From positions 66,898,001 to 66,962,000 of the forward strand of contig OZ024740.1 of NCBI GenBank assembly GCA_964016885.1: DNA of 64,000 bases, written 5' to 3'. Source of the stretch: Eledone cirrhosa (Eukaryota). The notes under the pieces were generated by a model that was not told the DNA's origin, searched no databases, and saw nothing but the letters and a program-made list of their open reading frames with translations. The position numbers were made by a program, and so were the translations under genes. This document shows, piece after piece, positions 29,407 to 41,399 of the stretch. Position 1 is the stretch's first letter; the number at the start of each line of letters is the position of its first letter.

Positions 29407-30929
29407 TAGCATTAAAGCCCGGCGTTGCTCCGGGTCATTAAGTTACCAAAGTTAGGTTGCACCACCCATTTTATGGCACTACTTTTTTGTCTGCCAGGCA
29501 CTGGGTGAATGAATTGCAGACCTGGAAGCAGGAGCTGCGCCAGCAGTGACAATTATAGTTTCGCCTATTGATATTATCTCTGTGCAAAAAAGTGTTGACA
29601 TTTATCGTTTCACAGTACTTGCGCAACACGCGCGTAGACGATGCCAGCCGAACAACAGAGCTGCGATGGAGTTGTTCTGCATGGTTGTCTGTGTGTTTTC
29701 TAATTTAAGACAGTAGGGAGAGTTGTGATATGAGGGAGAGTTAGCTGTTGTTTCTAGCAGGTTTAGTGACTCATAGAGGATATGTGTTTTCTAAATTTAA
29801 GACAGTAGGGAGTGGTGTGATATGGGGGAGAGTTAGCTGCTGTTTCTAGCAGGTTTAGTGACCTCATGGAAGATATGTTTTCTAAATTTAAGACATTAGG
29901 GAGGGGTGTGGTATGGAGGAGAGTTATCTGGTGTTTCTAGCAGGTTTAGTGACCTCATAGAGGATATTTTTGTTTATCATTATCTATAAAAGGCAGATTG
30001 TTGTTGTTGTTGTTGAAGTGAGTGTGTGTTTGTATGCGTTTAGAAAAGAGGTTTTTAAAAAGATTTATCACTTGTTGTTGAATAAATGTATCTGTTGCTT
30101 TTGAATAATTGTCGTTTCGTATGAAATGTAATAATTGTCTCTACTTTTTTGGCACAAGGCCAGCAATTACCCAGTACATGACTGGGCACTTTATGTAATA
30201 ATAAACGTTCTCTCTCTCTCCCTCTCACTCTCTTCTCTCTCTCTCTCTTCGGCAATCACGCACGTCGTTTAATTGCTTTAAATTTTTTTTTTTTATCATT
30301 TGAAGTGAGTGTAAGAAAGGAAGTTAATGAATAGTGGTGTATTTGTGGTTATAAATCCCGCACGTTGTTTAATTGCTTTAATTTTTTTTTTATCAATTTA
30401 TGTGAGCGTGTGTTTGTATGTGTTTGTAAATAAATCATTAAGTTTGAAGCAACTAAAAGTTAGTGTGGTTATAAATCACGCACGTTGTTTAATTGCTTTA
30501 AATGTTTTTTTATCATTTGAAGTGAGTGTGTGTTTGTATGCGTTTGGAAATAAATCAGTAAGTTTGAAGTATAAAAGAGAAAGTAGCAAAATGTGTGGGT
30601 TGTAGATGAGGTAAGCAGGTGATATGAGAGAGTAAAACGGACACTATCACCATCAAGCTTGGAAAGAGAAAGTAGCAGGAAGTATGAAGTTGTATAGATT
30701 TTGAATGGTAGTGGAAAGAGTTTAGCAGTTTAAACTACAGAGAAAAATCGTAAAATATTGAGTTTTATCTATTTTTTGCGTAATTGTGGGGGAAATTGAA
30801 AAAATTAACTGTGCCAAGACGCAATCGAAGCTATTTCGAATACTGAATTGTAAATTTCAATTGAAGAAATTCTATATCGTAGATTTCTATAAGAAAGGAG
30901 CATGACCACACACTGAGCTTTATAGATTA

Positions 30930-30932
<3 letters not shown>
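29406..30932 (-). mobile_element. Non-autonomous Helitron with internal tandem repeats
   Basis: On the minus strand, 5' TC(ataatctataaagc) and 3' cccggagcaacgccggg...CTAG|T, the same termini type as 23997-24529. Internal 3x ~93-bp repeats (29691-29966) and ~120-bp repeats (30255-30570). Confidence 0.8.
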
Positions 30933-30982
<50 letters not shown>

Positions 30983-30985
<3 letters not shown>

Positions 30986-32650
30986 AATTAGTATATCTAG
31001 TAACATATATATACACAGATGCATACTTATGCTAGCAAATATATACGTTTTGTCTTAGTAACGTTGTGGTTCAATGCATGGGGATGCAGAACAATAATAT
31101 GAGAGACGTAAAATAAGAAAATTATAAAATTAACTTACTTACTAAAATTTCACTCTAACTAATTAGTTTCTGAAAGGGAATAAACATAGTTTCCGAAGAA
31201 ACGTACGGAGAAGCCTTTCGTCATCAGTGAAGTCTATTCTCAGCCAAGTTTCCAGGCAATACGTGGACACAGGGAACTTATACAAAAATAATTCAGTGGA
31301 TGGAAAAAAGCAAAGCGTGGACTAAAATCCAAGCCATTGAAAAAATCACTGCCTACTGCGTCGGTGGCAAATTCAAAAGAATCAATCACGTGACATCGAA
31401 GTCAATCAGTGAAGAGTGGTTTGTTAAGAAGACAGCAGCCGGACCGTTACTATAGTAGCAGTTTTGGCCAATTTTTGCACGACAAAATAATTTGGAGATA
31501 ATTATGAAGAATTAATATATCTAGTAACATATATATACACAGATGCATACTTATGCTAGCAAATATATAGGTTTTGTCTTAGTAACTTTATGGTTCAATG
31601 CATGGGGATGCAGAACAATAATATGAGAGACGTAAAATAAGAAAATTATAAAAATTAACTTACTTACTAAAATTTCACTCCAAATAATTAGTTTCTGAAA
31701 GGGAATAAACATAGTTTCCGAAGAAACGTACGGAGAAGCCTTTCGTCATCAGAGAAGTCTATTCTCAGCTAGGTTTCCAGGCAATACGTGGACACAGGGA
31801 ACTTATACAAAAGTAATTCAGTGGATGGAAAAAAAGCAAAGCGTGGACTAAATTCGAAGCCATTGAACAAATCACTGCCTACTGCGTCGGTGGCAAATTG
31901 AAAAGAATCAATCACGTGACATCGAGGTCAATCAGTGAAGAGTGGTTTGTTAAGAAGACAGCAGCCGGACCGTTACTATAGTAGCAGTTTTGGCCAATTT
32001 TTGCTCGACAAAATAATTTGGAGATAATTATAATGAATTAGTATATCTAGTAACATATATATACACAGATGCATACTTATGCTAGCAAATATATAGGTTT
32101 TGTCTTAGTAACTTTGTGGTTCAATGCATGGAGATGCAGAACAATAATATGAGAGACGTAAAATAAGAAAATTATAAAATTAACTTACTTACTAAAATTT
32201 CACTCCAACTAATTAGTTTCTGAAAGGGAATAAACATAGTTTCCGAAGAAACGTACGGAGAAGCCTTTCGTCATCAAGGAAGTCTATTCTCAGCTAAGTT
32301 TCCAGGCAATACGTGGACACAGGGAACTTATACAAAAATAATTCAGTGGATGGGAAATAGCAAAGCGTGGACTAAATTCCAAGCCATTGAAAAAATTACT
32401 GCCTACTGCGTCGGTGGCAAATTCAAAAGAATCAATCACGTGACATCGAGGTCAATCAGTGAAGAGTGGTTTGTTAAGAAGACAGCAGCCGGACCGAAGA
32501 AACGTACGGAGAAGCCTTTCGTCATCAGGGAAGTCTATTCTCAGGTAAGTTTCTAGGCAATACGTGGACACAGGGAACTTATACAAACATTTTATAATTT
32601 TATATAATTTTATAATTTTATAATTTTCTTATTTTACGTCTCTCATATAT
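30983..32650 (-). repeat. Family H: ~525-bp tandem repeat (3 units plus partial) with HHR; inverted pair of the same family at 44797-45460
   Basis: Unit starts at 30983, 31507 and 32033. Minus-strand CTGATGA-c gaaagg(insert)cctttc a-GAAA-ctaattag-TT at 31152-31233. Confidence 0.85.
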
Positions 32651-32678
32651 ATATATATATATATATAATATTAGAAAG

Positions 32679-32715
<37 letters not shown>

Positions 32716-33640
32716 ATGAAAAATAACCGAGGTGTCCTACACGAGTGAAAGTATAAAGAAAAAGAGATGAAATCGAAAATGCAACTGGAGTCTTATTTTT
32801 TAAAAATATATATATATTTATTTGGTTCCTTTACCGGTTTCGCAGTTCTTCTGCTTTTCAAAAGGTGAGTTGAGATGGAGGGTCTGTGGTTTTTCTCACA
32901 TCTGGTTGGTCTCTGAATGTTACTTGTTTTATATGGAAAAAGTGGCTCGAAATGCCAGGTTTTTCGAGAAGTAATTTGATTATTTTGTGAATAATTATAA
33001 TAAATTTCGCGCCAGTTCGCGTTACAATAGTTCTTCAAATAAGAGGGGGGGGTTGTCACAGGTTGTTTTTTCATATATGAGTGTTTGAATTTCTTTTTAC
33101 TTGAAAAAAGGGGCTCACGAAGGCTTTTTTTTTTCTGGTTATAAATGAGATTATGGCTGTCACGTGAACAAGTTTTCATTAAATGTTCGTGCCCTTATTT
33201 GGAAATCCATTCTGTAGCCTTTTTAGAGAATTTTATGATAAGTGAAAGATAATGGTCAAGAGAAAGGGATGGGAGAATTGTTCTGGTTCAGTGAATATGG
33301 TTAGTTCGCTGGGGTGTCAGAATTCAGATTTTCTATTGAATAAAGAAAGTAAAGATATGTATGCTTGTTTGTGTGCTTGTGTGTGTGTGTTGTGTGTGTG
33401 TGTGTGTTTGAATTTCTTTACAAACACTCATATATGAAAAATACAACCTGTGACAACCCCCCACCCCTCTTATTTGAAGAACTATTGTAACGCGAACTGG
33501 CGCGAAATTTATTATTCACAAACCAATCAAATTACTTCTCGAAAAACCTGGCATTTCGAGCCACTTTTTCTATATAAAACAAGTAACATTCAGAGACCAA
33601 CCAGATGTGAGAAAAACCACAGACCCTCCATCTCAACTCA

Positions 33641-33678
33641 CCTTTTGAAAAGCAGAAGAACTGCGAAACCGGTAAAGG
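33641..33678 (+). ncRNA. Minimal type I HHR with U3-A8 core, family I (copies 35590-35627 +, 32828-32865 -, 61671-61708 +, about 60667-60703 -)
   Basis: cctt-TTGAAAA-gcag aagaa ctgc-GAAA-ccgg-TA-aagg. Confidence 0.75.
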
Positions 33679-33846
33679 AACCAAATAAATATATATATAT
33701 TTTTAAAAAATAAGACTCCAGTTGCATTTTCGATTTCATCTCTTTTTCTTTATACTTTCACTCGTGTAGGACCCCTCGCTTATTTTTCATTTTGTAAAAA
33801 AAAAAACCTCACTTTCTAATATATACCCACCACACTAAGACCGAAA

Positions 33847-35048
33847 ATGCCACCAAAGTCTCAACAAAACAACAACTCACTGAACCAGGACATCTTAAAT
33901 GAACTCAAAGAGATTTCCTCTAAACTCTTAATTTTGACCAACAAAGTGGACCAAATACACATCTATAAAAAAGGACCCCACGAAGAAACAGAAAATACCC
34001 AAGAGACGAATATTACTCCAGTATTAACTAAGCTAATCGAAACCATTGAAACAGCAATGCTCCAAAAGCTGGAACAACCGTAGCACCCAATCTACGAGAT
34101 GTCCACTCAGTGAAAAACACCCTAATCAACATATGTACTCAAAAGCTCACAGCCCACAAATTCGCCCTTTGGAATCTCCTAAAATATGATGGCAAGGCAG
34201 ACATATATGAAAAGTGGCTAAACTCTACCCCAATCATCCTCCCCAAAAAACTCCAAATAAAACCCATCCCGAATGAACCAGAAAACCAACAAAGACTTAG
34301 GGAAAAGATGGCATTGGAAAAATTTAAAACAGAAATAGAACTGTTGCGATTAAGAGCCAACTCCAACGAAAAAAAATTCAAGTCACTCGACCAACAGATG
34401 GACACAGAAATCTCAAAGCACTCTGAAGGCCTACTCTACAAAAAAAACCTAAAACTTTGCATAGAAAACTGTGAGGATGAAGAACTAACATCCCTCCAGC
34501 GATGGGAAAAAAACGCCACCTGGTTCAACAACTACGAAATGGTCTTCAAAAATGAACAACATACAGGTAACCCATTTTTAAAACAAACTAAAACTCACAC
34601 ACCACATGCACAACAAATAACAAAAAAAGTAACAAAACGTCCAACATACCCCCAGCAAAACTATAACGATAATCCCAGAAGCCATAAACAAAACTATAAC
34701 CCTACTAACAAAAACCAAAGATCCCCGAACACAAGGCAGGACCTGATCCGCAGATCACAACCCACACAAAACCTATTCCAAAACCGTAGACCCCTGCCCA
34801 CACAGAGCCTGTTTCAAAACCGTATATCCCAACCCACACAAAGGAACAAAATCTTCAACCCTGACTATCAACAAATCGAACCTCAATACGTCCGAAACTT
34901 CTATACAAGACCACACAACAACAGGGGAAATACCATTAGATATAATAATACCATTGAAAAACCATTCCAGAAAAAACATTTTTTAGACCAAGGCTACAGG
35001 ACTCACGACACCCGGTGGCACAAACCGATTTTCAAAAACCGAAAATAA
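33847..35048 (+). pseudogene. PLE ORF1-like protein (helical/coiled-coil-like, then N/Q/P/R-rich tail), disrupted near 34080-34110
   Basis: ATG MPPKSQQ... shortly after the pLTR. ORFs 33847-34083 and 34110-35048 are A-rich and overlap the RT frame. Confidence 0.65.
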
Positions 35049-35300
35049 TTAACCTTTCAAATACAAACCTCTCAGCCCAACAGGTAAAAATTCTCTCCAA
35101 AGGACTGAAATTCACACCAACACCACAATACTCTAACCCCAATGAGATAAATGACGATATCTCACACTTCTGTAGAAAATTACGTCTCACAGAGGAATTA
35201 TTTGACAAGGAGAATAACGACGAATCAATTGTACGGAATAAAAGCAGCTACAACCCAACAAAAGGTAGAAACAGAGTTCTGGACAAATTTTGTGACAACA
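34979..35300 (+). pseudogene. PLE RT ORF N-terminus, truncated at a poly(A) run
   Basis: IINLSNTNLSAQQVKILSKGLKFTPTP...FCRKLRL matches the PLE N-terminal motif NLS...L...L.KGL.F.PT. Confidence 0.8.
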
Positions 35301-35699
35301 AAAAAAAGAAAAAAAAAAAAAAAAAAGCCTTCGTGAGCCCCTTTTTTCAAGTGAAAAGAAATTCAAACACTCATATATGAAAAAACAACCTGTGCCAACC
35401 CCCCCCCCCCTCTTATTTGAAGAACTATTGTAACGCGAACTGGCGCGAAATTTATTATAATTATTCACAAACCAATCAAATTACTTCTCGAAAAACCTGG
35501 CATTTCGAGCCACTTTTTCCATATAAAACAAGTAACATTCAGAGACCAACCAGATGTGAGAAAAACCACAGACCCTCCATCTCAACTCACCTTTTGAAAA
35601 GCAGAAGAACTGCGAAACCGGTAAAGGAACCAAATAAATATATATATATTTAAAAAAAATAAGACTCCAGTTGCATTTTCGATTTCATCTCTTTCTCTT

Positions 35700-35780
<81 letters not shown>

Positions 35781-36584
35781 AAAAGACGAGAAGAATGACT
35801 TCACTTGTACTCTAAACAATTTGATTTAATTTTATAATATTATATTATGAGTTGGTTGATCTAGTAAGTTCTTTCCTGGAGAACTTTCTCGTATTCGTCG
35901 ATGGTGATTGTCAAACTGAGATAAGGATGTGTTGCGATGTATGACTCTATATGTAAGAGAGATTTGGATGTGTCTGGGGAATCCCCCAGACACATCCAAA
36001 TCTCTCGTATATGTATGCGCGCGCGCGTGTGTGTGTATATGTGTGTGTGTCTCATTACGTATGCATGTTTCTAATATCTTATATAACGTTGCACTAAATG
36101 AGGTATTAATGTATAACGAATCAAGTAATGCACCATAGATAAGATATCAGACTTGTTCCTCCTATATGTTATTGTTAATGTAGCAAGGATTCCTGCATCA
36201 TCATTCTGTGGTGCCACAACAATATTTTGACATAGACATTTCAGTCGTATTCTATACAATACTGAATCGAAATAGCGTACACCAATTCGATCAGCCACAT
36301 CTCAAACACACACAGACGAATGTTGCAAGTGGCTCATCACGATACGTGTTAAACAAATTACATGCAAAAACACACGCAGCCTTTAAAATAAATCATTGAA
36401 AAGTTACTCATTGAGAAACCAGTTAGTACAAAAACTAATCAGATTTTTAATTTTGGAAACCCACCAATTCATAAACATCTATAATATATTGATTTTTCGT
36501 TACGTATTCGTATTTGTGCATGTATTTATAAACAATAAACAAAATAAACATAGGGTTCTACTTTTCTATTATCATATTCCTTAA

Positions 36585-36652
<68 letters not shown>

Positions 36653-36802
36653 AAAATCGTGTTTTACTATTTTGAGGAAATATAAGTACATGATCCTTCC
36701 CAAATATAACAATATATATTGTTTATTTCTCCATATACCCCAATTTCCATATACCATTCTCTTTCAGTGTATAACATATTTCTGTTGAATTCTTTATTCT
36801 AG

Positions 36803-36915
36803 GTCCAGGTTTAGTGTTCGAAATATACGCAGAAGCTTTGGGGCGGATGCCAATAGCACCACTTTGGTCAGTCTGCTTCTTTTTCATGTTCGCTATACTC
36901 GGATTTGGTTCACAG
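36803..36915 (+). CDS. SLC6 exon, EL4-TM8
   Basis: Acceptor tttattctAG and donor GTAAAA. (G)[37 protein letters not shown]. 113 nt, phase 1 to 0. Confidence 0.95.
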
Positions 36916-37823
36916 GTAAAATAAGTTTTACTGCTATATATTATGTTCATTTTACCTTCTGAAACGAAAACAATGTATATCTTATTTTACATATTAATGG
37001 GGACTTTGTTACGTTTATGAGTTTATCCTTCTTCTATTCAAATATATATTCATAAATGGATGCAGGTATTCAATTGAGGTTAAGAATTTTACTTCATAAT
37101 TATGAGATGCCACATTCAATCCCACTGTGTGGAATGTAGGTCAAGTGTTTTCTTTTTACCACATTCTCGGGTCAATCCAACCCATCAGAATTAAATTCGA
37201 TTGGCGGAAACTGTTTGGAGACCCGTGGTATCGATTTTACCCGTGATTCAAATGTTCAACCTAGTGACCTATTTTTTGCTGACTGAGAATTACGTTTCGG
37301 TTACACAAGTCTGCGGAACACTGAAGGAATGGTAGAATGCTCATCGTCGAAGGCGGCGAAGGATGCATCATTATTTATAATTCTACAGTCCTTTTTTTCC
37401 AACACATATTCATATATGCATTCATGTTGAATTGGATTAAAGAATATATGTCAAAATCAAGTTCAATGTTATTGCGTTCTGGCACCTAATCTATAATTGG
37501 GTGACTATGAATAGTTTCTTCTTGATAGAATATATCTGGAAGAGTTGAAGACATTTATAATCATAAATCTTAGAACTATAGATAGGAGAGCAATTGAAAT
37601 CAGCATGCAAGTTACAAAAAAACTTGTTAATTATTAGTTTTACCATTACCTATAATGTTCAGTCTTTTTTACCTACTTTTAACATGCTTTGCCAAACAGG
37701 GTGTTACTGAATCCTCCTGATAAAAGACACAAGGTATTGACAGGAAACCAACACAAGATTAGTCTTTTATACGTGTTCTAGCACAAATCTCAGCTGCCCC
37801 TATTCTTTTTTGTTCAGTCATTC

Positions 37824-37869
<46 letters not shown>

Positions 37870-37871
<2 letters not shown>

Positions 37872-38148
37872 ACGATTGGTTACTCCTTCATTACGTTTAT
37901 TGGTTGGTGACGCGCGTATCTACACTGATCAGCTCAAGGTTCGATCTGTATCGATCCAGCCAGATTCTGGAATCAAAAGCTCGTCGGATCTCTGTGTTAG
38001 TAATGAGAGAATCTGTCATAATGAAGGAGTAACCATTCGTCGTTGTATTATTATACTACACTCTGTCTAGCTCTACACCTCGATACTGACGTGAAAGTAA
38101 ACCTCAAGTGCTCACCCGGGTGAACCTACAGTAACTCCGCATTACACT

Positions 38149-38152
<4 letters not shown>
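37870..38152. repeat. Family B repeat with short inverted head; tail shared with 8922-9015 (-) and 29255-29318 (+)
   Basis: gacgattggttactccttcatta is inverted at about 38019-38040. Shared tail caagtgctcacc.gggtgaacctacagtaact. (TA)n flanks. Confidence 0.7.
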
Positions 38153-38199
<47 letters not shown>

Positions 38200-39878
38200 T
38201 TGGTGACCATTTGACAACGGCATGGATGGATCGCAAAGAAGCTTCAAGTGGAAATTTCTCTCTATACATACATGAATCAATTACATGGAACATCACAACT
38301 GTTGTATTCTGAGATCACTGGTTGTATTGGACCCAACGACAAACTATCTCATTCCTCGAGGTGACCGACAGGTGTTTTCATAAAAACTGTAGCATTCTAT
38401 TGGCCCAACTTGTCATTTTTCCTCGGCCATAGCCATTTGGATTCCCCTTTTCCTCTCTCTAAAAACACACCTCCCTTCAATATGCTTCAACATGGAAGAT
38501 GAAGGGTTATATTTAGCCAACTCCTCGCGGTGTAGTACATGAAAAGAAACAATCTCCGTTTGTCATAATACAAACACGCACGCTCGCAAAAACACATGCA
38601 CATGGAGAGAGAGAAAGATATGATATTGCAGATGTGCAACTAAATAACTTTGATAGACTATACATATTTATATCTGTATTTTTAACCATTGATAAATCAA
38701 TGATAAACAGTGAGTGGCAAATAAATTAACTATGGAGATATAAAAGATACAGCAGTGAAAACCAACCAAACAGTGAGTGTGTTCTGTTATTATTTCTGGT
38801 AATATCATTACAACAATATCACCCTCCAGAGGTATAACAATATATATATATATAGAGTAATAATAATAAATGTGAAGATTAAAATCCAAGCAGGGCTCGA
38901 TAAGGATAACTATATAACAAATATATAAGGACTCTAAAGCAAATATTTATTAAAATAACAAATTAAAGTTTAAGCAAAAACGAGAGAAATACACGCAAGC
39001 ACAAATACTCACGTTAAATAATCGGTTCCTGGTACTAGCTATCCCTACAACACTTCCACAAATTGTTAAATCCATCTTCTCATGATGAACGTTTTGTATC
39101 AAATAGATATATTTTCTTTTATTTTATTATTTTTTTGTTGTAATCCAATAATAATTAATTATTATTAATAAATCAATAAATGAATAAATAATTAATATAA
39201 ATTGCGAGCATTAAGGAAACAATTATTATCATTACCATTGTCATAAATATCATCGTCATCATCATCTTATGTGTGAATGTGATGGAGGTGGTTATGGTGA
39301 TTATAGTGGTGGTTTTAGTTTTTGTGATGGTGTTGGTGCTGGTGCTGGTATCGGTGAACATTATGGTGGTCGTGGTGCTGGTGATGGAGGCAGCGGTGGT
39401 GATGGTGATGATGATAATGATGGTGGTGGTGATGATGACAATGTTGCGTGTTACGATAATTATCGCGGTGGAGTAGGGGTTATGAATATAATTTCGATTG
39501 TATGAGTGCAAAGGAGAAAAATAAATAGTGTTCATGATCATAACGATGATGATGATGATGTTGATTAAACTTTCTCAAAACATGAAATAATGAAAAAAGA
39601 ATAATAACAATAACCATAATGTGACAATCTATTTATTTTTATGTCAATTTGCTTCAAAGATTTTAATGATAATTATAAAACATTTTCAATCAGTTTTGTC
39701 TTCCATATTTTATAATTACAGTCAAGAAAAATGTTTATATTTCAAATTTAATTATTATTGAAGAAATAAACGAATAATTCCAACATTTGTCTGGTACTTG
39801 ATGAAAATAAATTTCATACAATTTCGTTTATTCGATGACCTTAATAATTGTAATCTCTCTCTCTCTCTCTCTCTCTCA

Positions 39879-39973
<95 letters not shown>

Positions 39974-40106
39974 CATATATATATATATATATATATATAT
40001 AGTAATAATAATAAATTTGAAGACTAAAATCCAAAGAGGGCTCGATAAGGATAAGTAGCAGCGATTCTTTGCTTAAACTTTATCTGTTATTTTAATAAAT
40101 ATATAT

Positions 40107-40151
<45 letters not shown>

Positions 40152-40210
40152 GTAGAACACTGGAAGGTAATATTCGTAGTGGTAGAGAACACAGTGCATG
40201 AGTTAGGTAG

Positions 40211-40337
40211 AAGTGGTAACACAACAGTCAGTTCACCATACCGAAAACAATTGTTTCACCTTAGCGGATCTTCAAGTGAAGATCCACTAAGGTGAAATAA
40301 TTGTTCTCGGTATGGTGAATTAACTGTTGTGTTACCA

Positions 40338-40340
<3 letters not shown>
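40211..40340. repeat. Fold-back palindrome centred on an HHR core
   Basis: Arms of about 63 bp. The right arm reads TGAAGA-tcc acta aggt-GAAA-taattg-TT. Confidence 0.85.
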
Positions 40341-40394
<54 letters not shown>

Positions 40395-41289
40395 AAAGAG
40401 TGAAGAATAACCTGGTCAACAGTACATAAAGGGTTTTATTTACAGTATTAACAATTGTTTCATTGATTGCTCTGGAGGAGCATAAAGTGCTCAAACGGCA
40501 TACCGCCTATGGGCGCATCTAAGCAAGCTTACAACAAATACACATATATACATATATATATATATATATATAATATTGAAAAAGTGGAGAATAACATGGT
40601 CAACAGTACAAAAAAGGGGATTTAATTTATTTATTAAAGGGTTTTATTAGAGGAATTCATTTATTTATTAAAATAACCAATACACACTTAAATATATTTA
40701 ACATTATCATATTTTCACCTTAATATCTCCCCATATATTTTAACAATTCTCAAAAAACATTCTTAATAATTTTAATATGTTTAAATATTCTTCGCACATC
40801 TTTACTTCTTTTCCGTATTTATTTTTAATCTTCCTTTTTCACATTTTATACCATTTTATATCACATTGGATGTAATTTACTTATTTATTTATGTATTTAT
40901 CAATTTTTTATATATTTTTTCATATATTTTTTATATATCTATTTTTATTTTTATTTACGTTTATTCATGTATTAAGGTTTCTTCATTTATTTGTCCCTCT
41001 ATTCTTCTTTCTATCCTACGTTATTTCTACTTATGTTTGTCTCTCTTCTGTCTACCATCATCTTCTATATATCTTCTCTTTATATTTGTATCTATAATAA
41101 TTTCTCCTTTTTCTTCTTTCTCTTTTTCTTTTTCTGTTTCCTTCTTCTTTCTCCTTCCTTCCCTTTCTTTCTTTACTGTATCTATATCCCTTTCTTCCTC
41201 CTTTTCTCTCTATATCTTTATTATTAATATTATTATTGATGATGTAATTTGAATTTGTAAATTTGCCGGTTACATATATAATTTTTTAA

Positions 41290-41399
41290 CAGTTTCCGAA
41301 GATCTGATCGAGCTAACATCGTATTTAAAATTGAGTGGCACTGTTGTTAGTGTTCAGCAATTTTTAGACAACTTTATCAGTGAAACCATTGTTAAACTG
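41290..41399 (+). ncRNA. Type I HHR variant (CCGAAGA core, long stem II insert), family J; inverted tails at about 40392-40462 and 40576-40630
   Basis: cagttt-CCGAAGA-tctgat(~65 nt)atcagt-GAAA-ccattg-TT-aaactg, followed by AATAAA. Confidence 0.65.

Larger units (their letters stand above)
32660..35700 (+). mobile_element. Family I PLE: inverted terminal copy, pLTR, ORF1, truncated RT N-terminus, pLTR
   Basis: 32660-33125 is inverted relative to the direct repeats 33420-33820 and 35327-35700. The coding region lies between the direct repeats. (TA)n flanks. Confidence 0.85.

Noticed and set aside
29691-29966. Regularly spaced repeats resembling a CRISPR array
   Set aside because: No unique spacers, eukaryotic context and no cas genes. 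These are tandem repeats inside a Helitron.
39173-39560. Thr/Ile-rich, Val/Met-rich and Gly/Asp-rich ORFs
   Set aside because: Degenerate (GGT/GAT)n trinucleotide repeat that is open in several frames.
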